From IMG/VR virus record IMGVR_UViG_3300018080_006410: DNA of 64,000 bases. The stretch is one strand, 5' to 3'. The position numbers were made by a program, and so were the translations under genes. Position 1 is the first letter of the stretch. Every line of letters begins with the position of its first letter. This document shows, in pieces, positions 26,685-35,178 of this stretch. The notes beneath the pieces were generated by a model that ran no database searches, was not told the origin of the DNA, and was given only the letters and a program-made list of their open reading frames with translations. This DNA comes from an uncultured virus (IMG/VR IMGVR_UViG_3300018080_006410) (Duplodnaviria > Heunggongvirae > Uroviricota > Caudoviricetes).

Positions 26685-27707
26685 TCACCCGATGTTGATC
26701 GTGACATGCGCCCCGGCCGCCACGTAGACAACCTTGCCGCCCAGCCGCAGGATCGCGGCCACCCCCTCCTCGGACCCCGGCGCCAGCCGGACATCCTCGG
26801 CGGACGTCTCGGGAACCACCTCTGGCGCCTTCACGCCCTCACTGGCCGCCGGAGGAGCAAGCCCCTCCGGATCGCCGAACGGGTCGCCAGCCTCGGCGCC
26901 CGCGGACGCCAGCTGAGCCCCGGCGCACCGCTCCATCTCCTCGTTGTAGAGGTCGACGGCCTTGCAGATGCGCTCCCACTGGGCCGACCCGCATCTGACA
27001 GTGACATCGTCAGACCTCTCGTTCGAGCCCCGCACGGACAAGGTACTCTGGACAGGAGACCCCGTCCACTCCGGCCTGACGTTCGAAACCAAGGTCATCC
27101 CCGCCTCGGGAACGCTGAAGGACCCCGGAGTCTCGGGACACATCGGGGCGAACTCGCTTCCGCGCAGCGCCTGCTCGACGATCCTGAACCGGACAAAACC
27201 ACTCCCGCGACCCATCAACCCCACCCTCAGCCATTTCCCTCCATGGTATTCCGAAGGCAGAACCACCCCCTCGTCGTCCACGGCCTTCCGGACCATCTCG
27301 GCAACCACGTCGCCGGAGACATTCACGGCCACGTGCCTTTCCATCTCCTCGTTGTAGAGGTCGACGGCCTTGCAGATGCTCTCCCACTGGACCGGACCGC
27401 ACCGAGAGGTGACGCCATCCTTCTTCCGGTCCGTGCCTCGCACGAACAGGTTGCAGTTGGGCTTCCCAGGCTCCCACCCCGGCCCCTCGCCCGAGATCAA
27501 CGCCAGGTCCCCCGCCTCGAAGGACCAGGGAGTCTCGGGACACATCGGGGCGAACTCGCTTCCGCGCAACACCTGCTCGACGATCCTGAACCCGACACGG
27601 CAACGACCCACCGACGTCACATCGAGCCCCAGCCACCTCCCGCCGCACGAGGCTTGGACTTCATGCCCCCCTGAGCACACAACTACTTCATTCTTTTCCT
27701 GAGCCAT
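26685..27707 (-). CDS. Hypothetical protein with two ~105-aa internal repeats (paralog B)
   Basis: FRIVEQxLRGSEFAPMCPETP...VRG...WExICKAVDLYNEEM twice; C-terminus nearly identical to paralog A. Confidence 0.8.
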   Translation of the reverse strand: MAQEKNEVVVCSGGHEVQASCGGRWLGLDVTSVGRCRVGFRIVEQVLRGSEFAPMCPETPWSFEAGDLALISGEGPGWEPGKPNCNLFVRGTDRKKDGVTSRCGPVQWESICKAVDLYNEEMERHVAVNVSGDVVAEMVRKAVDDEGVVLPSEYHGGKWLRVGLMGRGSGFVRFRIVEQALRGSEFAPMCPETPGSFSVPEAGMTLVSNVRPEWTGSPVQSTLSVRGSNERSDDVTVRCGSAQWERICKAVDLYNEEMERCAGAQLASAGAEAGDPFGDPEGLAPPAASEGVKAPEVVPETSAEDVRLAPGSEEGVAAILRLGGKVVYVAAGAHVTINIG

Positions 27708-27771
27708 CTTCCATCTCCTCTGTCTGCCTCGTCTGCCTTGAAGTGCCTTGAAGTGCCTTGTCTCATCAACC

Positions 27772-27801
27772 CTATATTGCCAAACGAGCAACGTTTTCCA
27801 C
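27772..27801 (-). promoter_or_regulatory. Class 1 promoter-like motif, copy 3
   Basis: ctatattgccaaa-cgagcaac-gttttccac. Confidence 0.75.
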
Positions 27802-27809
27802 TCGTCGCG

Positions 27810-28328
27810 TCACTTTTTCCCGTTATTCGTCCCGGAAGGAAGCGCCTTGGCCTTCCTCAAGGCCGAAAGCGCCATGTGAAGTCCGCTCCTCTCCTGCGCC
27901 ACCAGCGAGGCCAGCTTGTCCGTCAGCCCGATGACGTAGGCGCGCCTCAGCTTGTCCTCGGCTCCCAGGTCCGCCTCCGGCGTCCTCATCGCGATCTTGG
28001 CGGCGCGAGCGGCCGAGTTGACCATCCTCTTCACATGGCAGGTGCTGACGACGACGCGCTCTGGCGGGTTCGCCACCACGAAAGCCTTCCCCCTATCGCA
28101 TATCAACTGCACCACCCGCTCCGCCTCCAGGCGCTTCCGCCACCCGGAGACGACGGTACGCCACCGGCTACCGTCTCGCCTGATGCCCAGCAACCTCTCT
28201 ATCTCCCAGTAGGGGATTCGGTTCCCCTCCGACACATCCACCTTGTCGAGCAGCAGCTCGACATCCGGAGGAACCGGAATGCCCGCGAAATACATAACCT
28301 GCTTCTGTCCCATCTGCCCATCCTCCAT
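27810..28328 (-). CDS. Basic hypothetical protein (paralog of 25993-26508)
   Basis: Near-identical N-terminal 100 aa, divergent C-terminus. Confidence 0.75.
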   Translation of the reverse strand: MEDGQMGQKQVMYFAGIPVPPDVELLLDKVDVSEGNRIPYWEIERLLGIRRDGSRWRTVVSGWRKRLEAERVVQLICDRGKAFVVANPPERVVVSTCHVKRMVNSAARAAKIAMRTPEADLGAEDKLRRAYVIGLTDKLASLVAQERSGLHMALSALRKAKALPSGTNNGKK

Positions 28329-28336
28329 TTCTTCTG

Positions 28337-28702
28337 TCACATCACACTCCCGGATTGCCTGACGGGCAAGGTCATCCCCTCGCACGCCCGGCCGACATGG
28401 TTCCTGAACGCCTCGACCACGTCGCACTTCGCACCGGCGTGGAAATTATACTTGCCCGAGTGCGGGTTGAACCGGTTGAGCCCCAGGGTCGCCGCCCGCC
28501 CGACATCCTCGAAGCGGCAGAAGACGGTGCAGCCCCCCTTCGGCTCCCTCTCGACGTCGGCCGTCAGCCTGCCGACCGCCGTCTCCAGCTCGAAGGCCTC
28601 CCACCTCTCGGCGTCCAAGTGGCCCTCGACCCTCCTCGCGCCCTCGTGCTCCAGGATCGCCACGGCCTCCCTCAGGAACGTCTCCTTGTCCTGCTTCTTC
28701 AT
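28337..28702 (-). CDS. Hypothetical protein
   Basis: LETAVGRL...VFCRFED...NPHSGKYNFH. Confidence 0.7.
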   Translation of the reverse strand: MKKQDKETFLREAVAILEHEGARRVEGHLDAERWEAFELETAVGRLTADVEREPKGGCTVFCRFEDVGRAATLGLNRFNPHSGKYNFHAGAKCDVVEAFRNHVGRACEGMTLPVRQSGSVM

Positions 28703-29145
28703 ATCAGATTCTCCTCTCTGAAGCTCAGGTAGTCCTTCTCCCTCTGCCCGGTCCTGCTTCCCATGATCACGTGATCTATCACCTCGATGCCGATGATCTT
28801 GCCAGCCTCCACGAGCCCTCCCGTGGTGTGAATGTCGTTCGGCGACGGGGTCAGGTCCCCGGACGGGTGGTTGTGCGCGAGGACGATCCTGCTCGCGTTC
28901 GCCACGATCGCCTCCCGGAAGACCTCCCGGGCGTGCACCATGCTCCTGTCGGCCAGCCCCCGCGTCACCATGACATCCTTGACTATCCTGTTATTCGCGT
29001 TCAGGAGGATGACATGAAACTCCTCCTGCCGGAGGCCGTGGAATATCGGGCGCATCATCCTCGCCATGTCGGTCGGGGACTCAACCCGGGGCTTCTCTTC
29101 CTTCACGTACTGGCTGAAGGCCTCCATGATCTCGCGGTACTCCAT
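28699..29145 (-). CDS. radC: RadC-like JAB/MPN domain protein
   Basis: QEEF...VHAREVFREAI...LAHNHPSGDLTPSPND...IEVIDHVI. Confidence 0.92.
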   Translation of the reverse strand: MEYREIMEAFSQYVKEEKPRVESPTDMARMMRPIFHGLRQEEFHVILLNANNRIVKDVMVTRGLADRSMVHAREVFREAIVANASRIVLAHNHPSGDLTPSPNDIHTTGGLVEAGKIIGIEVIDHVIMGSRTGQREKDYLSFREENLI

Positions 29146-29182
29146 CTCTCGTCCTCCTTTGGTTCAGACTCGTCTCACACCC

Positions 29183-29212
29183 CCATATTGCCAAAAGAGG
29201 ACAGTTTTCCAC
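29183..29212 (-). promoter_or_regulatory. Class 1 promoter-like motif, copy 4
   Basis: ccatattgccaaa-agaggaca-gttttccac upstream of radC. Confidence 0.8.
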
Positions 29213-29220
29213 GCGTCACG

Positions 29221-30270
29221 TCAACTTTCCTCCACTCCCTCGACCTTCACGCCCTTGAATCCCACGACCACGAGCCTCCCGGCGTAGCGGATGGCCTCCA
29301 GGTGGGCTCTCGCGCCCCGAAAGACCTTGTCGGGCCCCGCGAGCGTCGGATGGTCTCCCACGACCCTCCACGCGTTGCCGAGCGGGCAGCTCTCGCCGTT
29401 CGCCGGGTCCTCGGTCAGCCGGCAGCCGACAAGCTCCCTGACCCCCGACGCCGTCTCCTTCGTCAGCGCGTCCGAACACTTCGCGCAGAAGCCCGCGGAC
29501 GGCCTCACCATGTCCGTCGCCTCGATCGCCGTGAGGGGATGCGCCCGGACGATCTTGGTCCGGCCCTCCCCGAGGAGGGGAGCCGAGACCTCCCGGTAAA
29601 TCCTCTCCTCCGGATGGTCCACCACCGCGTCGCCCACGCACTCCTCCGGCACCGGGGCGAGGTCCTCCTTCCGGGGCTTCGGCCTCTCGGGCCTCATGCC
29701 CCTCGCCTCCTCCTGGAGAATGTCAACCATCTGGTCGCGGGTCATGCCGCGGCTCCCGCACTCGGCCACCCACCGGCGCAGCCGGCTCCTCGCGTCCGTC
29801 GCCGGGTCCGGCCTCACGGGCCTGGGAGGATCGGGCTCCGTCGGCGCGGGCTGCTCACTCGGCGCGGGCTGCTCGCTCGGCGCCACCTCGACCCTGAAGT
29901 CGCCCTTCTCGTAGACCACCGTCTTTCCCCGCTTGTGGAGAAGAAAGACGCTCTTGGTCCCGTTCCTCAGCCGGAGGAAGCCCCTGATGCGGGTGTCCAT
30001 CCCTCCCAGGAGCGCCCGGGACAACCTGCCCCCGCTCCGAAGGGTCTCGTTCTTCTTCCAGGACTGCCAGCCGGACGGCAACGGCCCCTCCCGGACCACC
30101 ATCTCCAGGGAGGCCTCGTGGTAGGACTGCTCCCCGAGGCCCGACCAGCACATGGACCCCTTCTGCCAGATGACCTCGCGACCCCCGGCCTGGGCGACCA
30201 CGACCCTCTCGGCGCCATAGTCGACGCCTCCCTCCTGCCTCGGCCTCACGATCCTGTCTACGATCCTCAT
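29221..30270 (-). CDS. Composite hypothetical protein with an APSEQP linker
   Basis: ORF track; 18-bp repeat at ~29843-29885. Confidence 0.65.
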   Translation of the reverse strand: MRIVDRIVRPRQEGGVDYGAERVVVAQAGGREVIWQKGSMCWSGLGEQSYHEASLEMVVREGPLPSGWQSWKKNETLRSGGRLSRALLGGMDTRIRGFLRLRNGTKSVFLLHKRGKTVVYEKGDFRVEVAPSEQPAPSEQPAPTEPDPPRPVRPDPATDARSRLRRWVAECGSRGMTRDQMVDILQEEARGMRPERPKPRKEDLAPVPEECVGDAVVDHPEERIYREVSAPLLGEGRTKIVRAHPLTAIEATDMVRPSAGFCAKCSDALTKETASGVRELVGCRLTEDPANGESCPLGNAWRVVGDHPTLAGPDKVFRGARAHLEAIRYAGRLVVVGFKGVKVEGVEES

Positions 30271-30491
30271 GTCCGCCTCCTCTTCTCTATCAAGGTCTCC
30301 TCCTCATCTGTCGGCCCCGCAAACCGCGGGGCATTCGGGTCCATCGTGTCATGCTTCTGCCAATGCTCGCAATAGCCACGGACATAGGCGACGACATAGT
30401 CCGCCGCACGCCCTTCCGCCTGAAGCCGCCCGATCAGGTCGCCAACCTCTTTGAGAGTGCCGTGCGTGAACGCGTCGCTCATGATGCTCAT
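30267..30491 (-). CDS. Small hypothetical protein
   Basis: ORF track. Confidence 0.55.
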   Translation of the reverse strand: MSIMSDAFTHGTLKEVGDLIGRLQAEGRAADYVVAYVRGYCEHWQKHDTMDPNAPRFAGPTDEEETLIEKRRRT

Positions 30492-30495
30492 GGAT

Positions 30496-30754
30496 TCACT
30501 CCTCCATCGCCTTCCGGGCCTCGAACTCCTCCCGACGCCTCTTCATGTTCTCCTTGCGGACCTCGAACCCCTTAGCGGTCAAGTCGAACGTGCTAAACTC
30601 CTCGTGGTGTCCTTTGAACCAGTAGTGCTTCACGGTCTCCGGTCATCAGGCCCTCCCGGACGTGCATCCGGTTGTGGGCCGTCCGGGCGAAGCCGGCACA
30701 GGAGACGTCCTTGCCGCAGACGTAGCACGGGCCTCTGTTGTACGTCCTGCTCAT
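30496..30754 (-). pseudogene. C2H2-type Zn-finger protein, apparently frameshifted near 30640
   Basis: MSRTYNRGPCYVCG...HNRMH continues plausibly in another frame as ETVKHYWFKG...LTAKG...EE*. Confidence 0.45.
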
Positions 30755-30758
30755 ATCC

Positions 30759-31415
30759 TCATCCCATCCTGAACTTGGTCGTGCCGGCGGAGACGAAGCC
30801 GCCCTTCTTCTCCGGCAGCTCGAAAGCCCCGGACATCTTGGCGATGTACTCCGCAACCTTCTCGTCGCTGTGGGCGTGGAGGTAGCATCCGTGACGGTCG
30901 AAGCCCTTGGTCACCCTCTCGCCCTCGAACTCGGCCTCCAGGCCCCGGAGGTCCGTGTCCGACTCCGGCTTTCCCACCTCCAGCCCGACGTGGAAGACGC
31001 GCTTCCGGCTCCCGAACGTCAGGACCAGATCGAGAGACGACACCAGCTTCACCTTGTACCAGCAGGTGTTCCAGGCGCCCCAGTACTGGTTCTCGATCTG
31101 CCTGACCTCCTCGATCATGAACCCAGACTCGGCAATGGCGTCCATCAACATGATCCTCTGCCGGAACTGAAGATAGCGCTCGAGGCACGTGACGTGCACG
31201 AGGCAGCCTGCCTGCCCATGGTGGTACTGGTCCTTCACCGACTCCGGCGTCAGCTCCCAGCCCTCCCCGCAGATGCCGCAGGTCCGGCCCCGAACGTCGA
31301 TCGGCCAACACGTCATCTCGTAGCCCTGGCTGTCCATCGTCGTAATTATTAACTGCCCGAACTCGTCGATGGCGACGGTCCCGTCCTCGTTCAGCTTTTC
31401 TCTGATCTTGTTCAT
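30759..31415 (-). CDS. Hypothetical protein with a RING/PHD-like CxxC...HxxC motif
   Basis: CGICGE...LVHVTC; IENQYW; GSRKRV. Confidence 0.7.
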   Translation of the reverse strand: MNKIREKLNEDGTVAIDEFGQLIITTMDSQGYEMTCWPIDVRGRTCGICGEGWELTPESVKDQYHHGQAGCLVHVTCLERYLQFRQRIMLMDAIAESGFMIEEVRQIENQYWGAWNTCWYKVKLVSSLDLVLTFGSRKRVFHVGLEVGKPESDTDLRGLEAEFEGERVTKGFDRHGCYLHAHSDEKVAEYIAKMSGAFELPEKKGGFVSAGTTKFRMG

Positions 31416-31642
31416 CGTCTTAGCAGTCCCCTTTCCACGAGCTCCTGATGGTACTCCTTCCGGCACTTCGGGCAGAGAATCATCACCTTCGTCTCGCCCG
31501 TGACGGGATGGGTGAGGATTTCCGGCTCCATGTCACCGCCGCACCTGTCACAGACGCCCGCCAGCGCCTGCTCCTCCATCTTCGCCCGGGCCGCGCCCCT
31601 CATGGCCGAGATCGTCTCCTTGATCGCCACGTAGTCAATCAT
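31412..31642 (-). CDS. Small Zn-ribbon protein
   Basis: CDRCGG...LCPKC. Confidence 0.6.
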   Translation of the reverse strand: MIDYVAIKETISAMRGAARAKMEEQALAGVCDRCGGDMEPEILTHPVTGETKVMILCPKCRKEYHQELVERGLLRR

Positions 31643-31652
31643 GTCGCACTCC

Positions 31653-32396
31653 TTAGTACAGCCCCTTCCGGCTGGAAACCCTGCCACTCTTCATCCGCTT
31701 CTTTTGATTCCTACATTGATCCTCAGCCCAGCATCCTTGCCAATCACAACGCCGACAATAACGACGCTTTAGACGAGTCATGAGGGGCAAATTGTCGGCA
31801 CTAATATCATCAAAAATGTCGTGCCAGACGACGTCGTACCGGACGCCCCTCGGCGGGACCCACTCGAAGGCGTCGCCGTGGACGATCTCCAGGCGGTCGC
31901 CATGGCGGGCCCGGTAGTGAGGCCCCACCAGGGCGATCACGTCCTCGGAGAGCTCCACCACCGTCACCCGCTCCACGTCCGGCCTCCGGAGCATCCCCTC
32001 GGCCACCATGCCGAGCCCGAGCCCGTTCACCAGGCAGCGCCCCCTCGCCCTCCTCATCGGCTCCATGTGGTCCATGATCTCGTCCGGGGTGTCCGACATC
32101 ACGACGCCGTTCCCGCGGACCAGGCGGGTGTAGTCCCCCACCGGCGCGAACCTCGCCACCCGCTGCGGATTGAAGGCGCACCTCATCTTCTCGAACGACT
32201 CCTCCTCCGGCGTGACGGAGAAGCGCTCCACGGCCCAGTCGCCGGAGGCCCCCTCCGGCACGTCGACCTTATGACGCTCCCAGGAGGGGACCCGGTCCGC
32301 CTCGGCCCGGATCACCTCCCGGACGCCGTCCTCGAAGGTCCTCTGGACCGTCTCGACCAGGTCCTCCATCAACATCGCCATGTGCGTCCCCGTCAT
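31653..32396 (-). CDS. SAM-dependent methyltransferase (spermidine-synthase-like phage family)
   Basis: MSDTPDE, LVNGLGLGM, VTVVELSEDVI, HGDAF, YDVVWHDI. Confidence 0.85.
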   Translation of the reverse strand: MTGTHMAMLMEDLVETVQRTFEDGVREVIRAEADRVPSWERHKVDVPEGASGDWAVERFSVTPEEESFEKMRCAFNPQRVARFAPVGDYTRLVRGNGVVMSDTPDEIMDHMEPMRRARGRCLVNGLGLGMVAEGMLRRPDVERVTVVELSEDVIALVGPHYRARHGDRLEIVHGDAFEWVPPRGVRYDVVWHDIFDDISADNLPLMTRLKRRYCRRCDWQGCWAEDQCRNQKKRMKSGRVSSRKGLY

Positions 32397-33085
32397 GCCT
32401 TCCTCCCGTCAACCGTCACCCTCTTCTCCTTCCGGCGAACCCACATGTCGTTCAAGAACCTGTACTGAATGGCCTCGCACGCATGGGATGCGCCAATCTC
32501 GTCGCACCCGTCCAGGGCGGCTATCGTGGCCGCCACCCGAACCGTCCTGTCATAGTCGAGGTTCCCCAGATCGCCCATCGCGAGCCTCATCATGGCCTTC
32601 GCGCCATCGTCAAGCTCCTTGGGACGCTCCCTGTCCCCGGACTTCCGAACGCGCCGCATCACGACCTCCGCGCTCTCGCCCTTCCTTCCCGACACGACCT
32701 CCTTATGTCTCGGCCGGACACACTCGACCACCAGATCGAAGCCGTCCAGCTCGGCCGCCAGGACGTCGTAGTGCTCCTCCAACTCCTCGACGCCGCACTT
32801 GCACTCCACGTCCGGCGTGCCGTGGGCCCCACAGGGACACACGGGATAGACGAGACAGTCGAAGAAGAGCCCGGCCTCCTTCGCCATCACGCCCCCGGCC
32901 TCCGCCAGGGCGTCCCCGTACGACCCCGCGCTCGCAAGGAGCAAGATCGGATGGCCACCGGCCAAGGCGACCTCCAGGCCGCGCTTCACGATCTCGCTTC
33001 CCGGTATGTCCTCGAACTCCATCGGAGAAACCTCCAGGGGCTCACCGACCTTGACTCTCCTCGCCTTCATGTCAGCCATGGTCAC
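32393..33085 (-). CDS. Degenerate ComM/YifB (Mg-chelatase-related AAA+) homologue lacking ATPase motifs
   Basis: DIPG...KRGLEVALAGGHPILL, CPCG...CKC, FDLVVE, GESAEVVMRRV, RVAATIAALDG...HACEAIQYR; no GKT, no Walker B. Confidence 0.8.
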   Translation of the reverse strand: MTMADMKARRVKVGEPLEVSPMEFEDIPGSEIVKRGLEVALAGGHPILLLASAGSYGDALAEAGGVMAKEAGLFFDCLVYPVCPCGAHGTPDVECKCGVEELEEHYDVLAAELDGFDLVVECVRPRHKEVVSGRKGESAEVVMRRVRKSGDRERPKELDDGAKAMMRLAMGDLGNLDYDRTVRVAATIAALDGCDEIGASHACEAIQYRFLNDMWVRRKEKRVTVDGRKA

Positions 33086-33408
33086 TTCTCTCCGTTCTTT
33101 TCGTCGATCACCATCATCAGAACCGCCTCGTTCTCCTTGGCCTTATCCAGCAGCTTCGGCCCCTCGGCCCCCGGCGCCACGCCGAGAAGGCAGAAGGTCG
33201 CCAGGTCCCGGTTGCACATGGCGTCGCGCTCCAACAGCCCCCAGGAGGGGCCGAACAGCGCCTTCGCCGCGATCTCCGAGATCAGCCGCTCGCCGCCAGA
33301 GTCCTCCTTGACGACCTCGATGTCGAAGCAGCCCACGTTGTCCGCCGCGACATCGTAGGCGAGAGCCTCGCTGTCGGCCTCGACCTCGTATGACAACCTG
33401 TACCTCAT
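33082..33408 (-). CDS. Hypothetical protein
   Basis: MRYRLSYEVEADSE... Confidence 0.6.
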   Translation of the reverse strand: MRYRLSYEVEADSEALAYDVAADNVGCFDIEVVKEDSGGERLISEIAAKALFGPSWGLLERDAMCNRDLATFCLLGVAPGAEGPKLLDKAKENEAVLMMVIDEKNGEK

Positions 33409-33434
33409 GTCACCAGCTCCGTCATGTCGTCGCC

Positions 33435-33689
33435 TCACAGCATTTCCAGCATCTCGGCCATGTACTCCGCCGCCTGCACGATCGACGGGAAGGTCCCGCT
33501 CGTCCCATGGCCGCCACGGCCCCGGTGCGTCACCGAGTAGCCGTGCTCGTCGCTCCATAGGACCACCTCCTCGCCGCCCTTGCTCCGTTCCGCCGCGTGA
33601 ACGGCGTAGCCCTCTCCGAACAGGGCCTTCCAGTACGAACCGTCCCTGTCCAGCCCGACGGCCCCGATCTGACGCTCCACGATGTTCAC
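33435..33689 (-). CDS. Small hypothetical protein
   Basis: GTG start overlapping the upstream stop; VNIVERQIG... Confidence 0.55.
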   Translation of the reverse strand: MNIVERQIGAVGLDRDGSYWKALFGEGYAVHAAERSKGGEEVVLWSDEHGYSVTHRGRGGHGTSGTFPSIVQAAEYMAEMLEML

Positions 33690-33892
33690 TGGCCCACCTC
33701 GCACGGGTTGTCGAACAGCAGCCGGTTCCAGCCGCTCACGGTCGCGTCGTTGGCGTGGCTGAACGGCGGGCTCGGCGCGTAGAGGGCCTTCGAGTCCTCG
33801 ATCAGCCTGCACGCCTCGCACTTGCCGCACCGCGGGCCCCTGGCCACGATCTCGTCCGTCTCCCGCTCGGTCAGTCCGGGGTAGTTCCTCAT
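33686..33892 (-). CDS. Small Cys-motif protein
   Basis: RCGKCEAC; RBS AGGAGG. Confidence 0.6.
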   Translation of the reverse strand: MRNYPGLTERETDEIVARGPRCGKCEACRLIEDSKALYAPSPPFSHANDATVSGWNRLLFDNPCEVGQ

Positions 33893-34000
33893 GTCGCCTC
33901 CTACTCCCTAGCCTCGCTCGCCGCACAATCCGCGCGCCCCGAGCCATGATCTCCTCGATCTCCTGCTCAGTCAATCCCGAATCGTTCTTCATGTCGCTTC

Positions 34001-34141
34001 CTACTTCTTGACCGTGATGCCACGGCCCTGCTTCCGACGGGTGACCCGGCCGAGCATCCTCTCGCGCTTGGCCTCGGAGCCCTTCTCGGCGCGCCGGGCG
34101 CGCCGCTTGTCAATCGCCTGACTCTGTTTCTTGGTCCTCAT
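34001..34141 (-). CDS. 46-aa highly basic peptide
   Basis: Not in the track; MRTKKQSQAIDKRRARRAEKGSEAKRERMLGRVTRRKQGRGITVKK*; RBS AAGGAG; directly behind a class 1 motif. Confidence 0.65.
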   Translation of the reverse strand: MRTKKQSQAIDKRRARRAEKGSEAKRERMLGRVTRRKQGRGITVKK

Positions 34142-34162
34142 CGTGATCTCCTTTGCTTACCT

Positions 34163-34192
34163 CCATATTGCCAAAAACGGGCGGTTTTCCAC
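34163..34192 (-). promoter_or_regulatory. Class 1 promoter-like motif, copy 5
   Basis: ccatattgccaaa-aacgggcg-gttttccac; flank near-identical to copy 6. Confidence 0.8.
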
Positions 34193-34417
34193 GCGGACCG
34201 GAGAAAAAAGCTGAAGTTTTCTGCCTGAACTCGTATTCCGGGCACTTGTCGTTGCCGCACCAGAAGCGGGTCCTGCCCCCACGCCGAACCGTTCTCATCC
34301 GCTCCCCGCAGCCTGGGCACCTCGGGCACAAGAGCCTGCGGACGTCCACCACATGGCAGATCAAGGTCACCAACCCGGGGACCATCGCATACACGCCCAC
34401 CAGCAGAAGGACGCTCC

Positions 34418-35167
34418 TCATGGCCCCACGACCCCCTTGCTCCGGACCACCTCGTCGGTCGCCCTTCTCACGCACCGCCAGATGCTCGTGCGGCCATGCC
34501 TGACCTCCTCCGCCTCGAAGCACGGGCTCAGCATCTCCCGGAACTCCTTCGGGCTGATCCAGAGGAAGCTCGTCACGTGCGGGCGGTAGCCCTCCCGGCA
34601 CTGGACGTGGTGGACCACGTCGCCGACCCGGTAGCCGATCTCGGTGCAGAGGTCCTGGCCAACGAAGTATGACGTCGCGTGCGGCTCCTCCTTGGGCTTC
34701 GTGTTGAAGGTGTTGAAGACGAAGACGGACGCCGCCGGCATCAGGCCCGCGAGCGCCTTGGCCGCGGCGGTGTCAATCCAGTAGTTCACCGCCTGCCGGC
34801 AGAAGACGAAGTCGGGCCCCAGCCTCGGCGCGTCCCGGTAGAGGGGCGCCGCGACGGCGAGCATCTCCTGGACCCTCCCGGGGAAGAGCCGGATGCCCCG
34901 CTTGCGCCTGAGGCGCCCGGTCATCCGGCGGCTCTCGTCCACCAGGAGGACGTCGGCCGCCCCGCGCCCGACGCACTCCTCGGCCAGCCGCCCGGAGCCC
35001 CCGCAGAGGTCCAGGACGCGCTTCCCCCGGACGTCCCCGGCCACGTCGACCAGGTCCCCGACCGGCCTCTCCTGGTAGCGCTGGTAGAGCGCCTCGTACG
35101 TCCTCCAGTCGGGGTATTCCTGCTGCCGCATGTCGGCTATCACGTTCGCGAAACCGTCCCTGCTCAT
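34418..35167 (-). CDS. Class I SAM-dependent methyltransferase
   Basis: VLDLCGGSGRL, LLVDES, DFVFCRQAVNYW, FVFNTF. Confidence 0.85.
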   Translation of the reverse strand: MSRDGFANVIADMRQQEYPDWRTYEALYQRYQERPVGDLVDVAGDVRGKRVLDLCGGSGRLAEECVGRGAADVLLVDESRRMTGRLRRKRGIRLFPGRVQEMLAVAAPLYRDAPRLGPDFVFCRQAVNYWIDTAAAKALAGLMPAASVFVFNTFNTKPKEEPHATSYFVGQDLCTEIGYRVGDVVHHVQCREGYRPHVTSFLWISPKEFREMLSPCFEAEEVRHGRTSIWRCVRRATDEVVRSKGVVGP

Positions 35168-35178
35168 GATCCTTCTCC

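Larger units (their letters stand above)
24741..28430. repeat. Diverged tandem duplication, two ~1.85 kb units (~24741-26606 and ~26607-28430)
   Basis: 24805-24990 matches 26665-26850; 26220-26605 matches 28040-28427; each unit holds a class 1 promoter. Confidence 0.9.

Noticed and set aside
24825..27707. Repeat domains as the template/variable regions of a diversity-generating retroelement
   Set aside because: No reverse transcriptase in the window, differences are not adenine-specific, and all copies are coding
32393..33085. Host comM remnant marking a prophage attachment site
   Set aside because: The ORF is internally deleted rather than truncated at one end, is coupled to phage genes on both sides, and no integrase or host genes flank it
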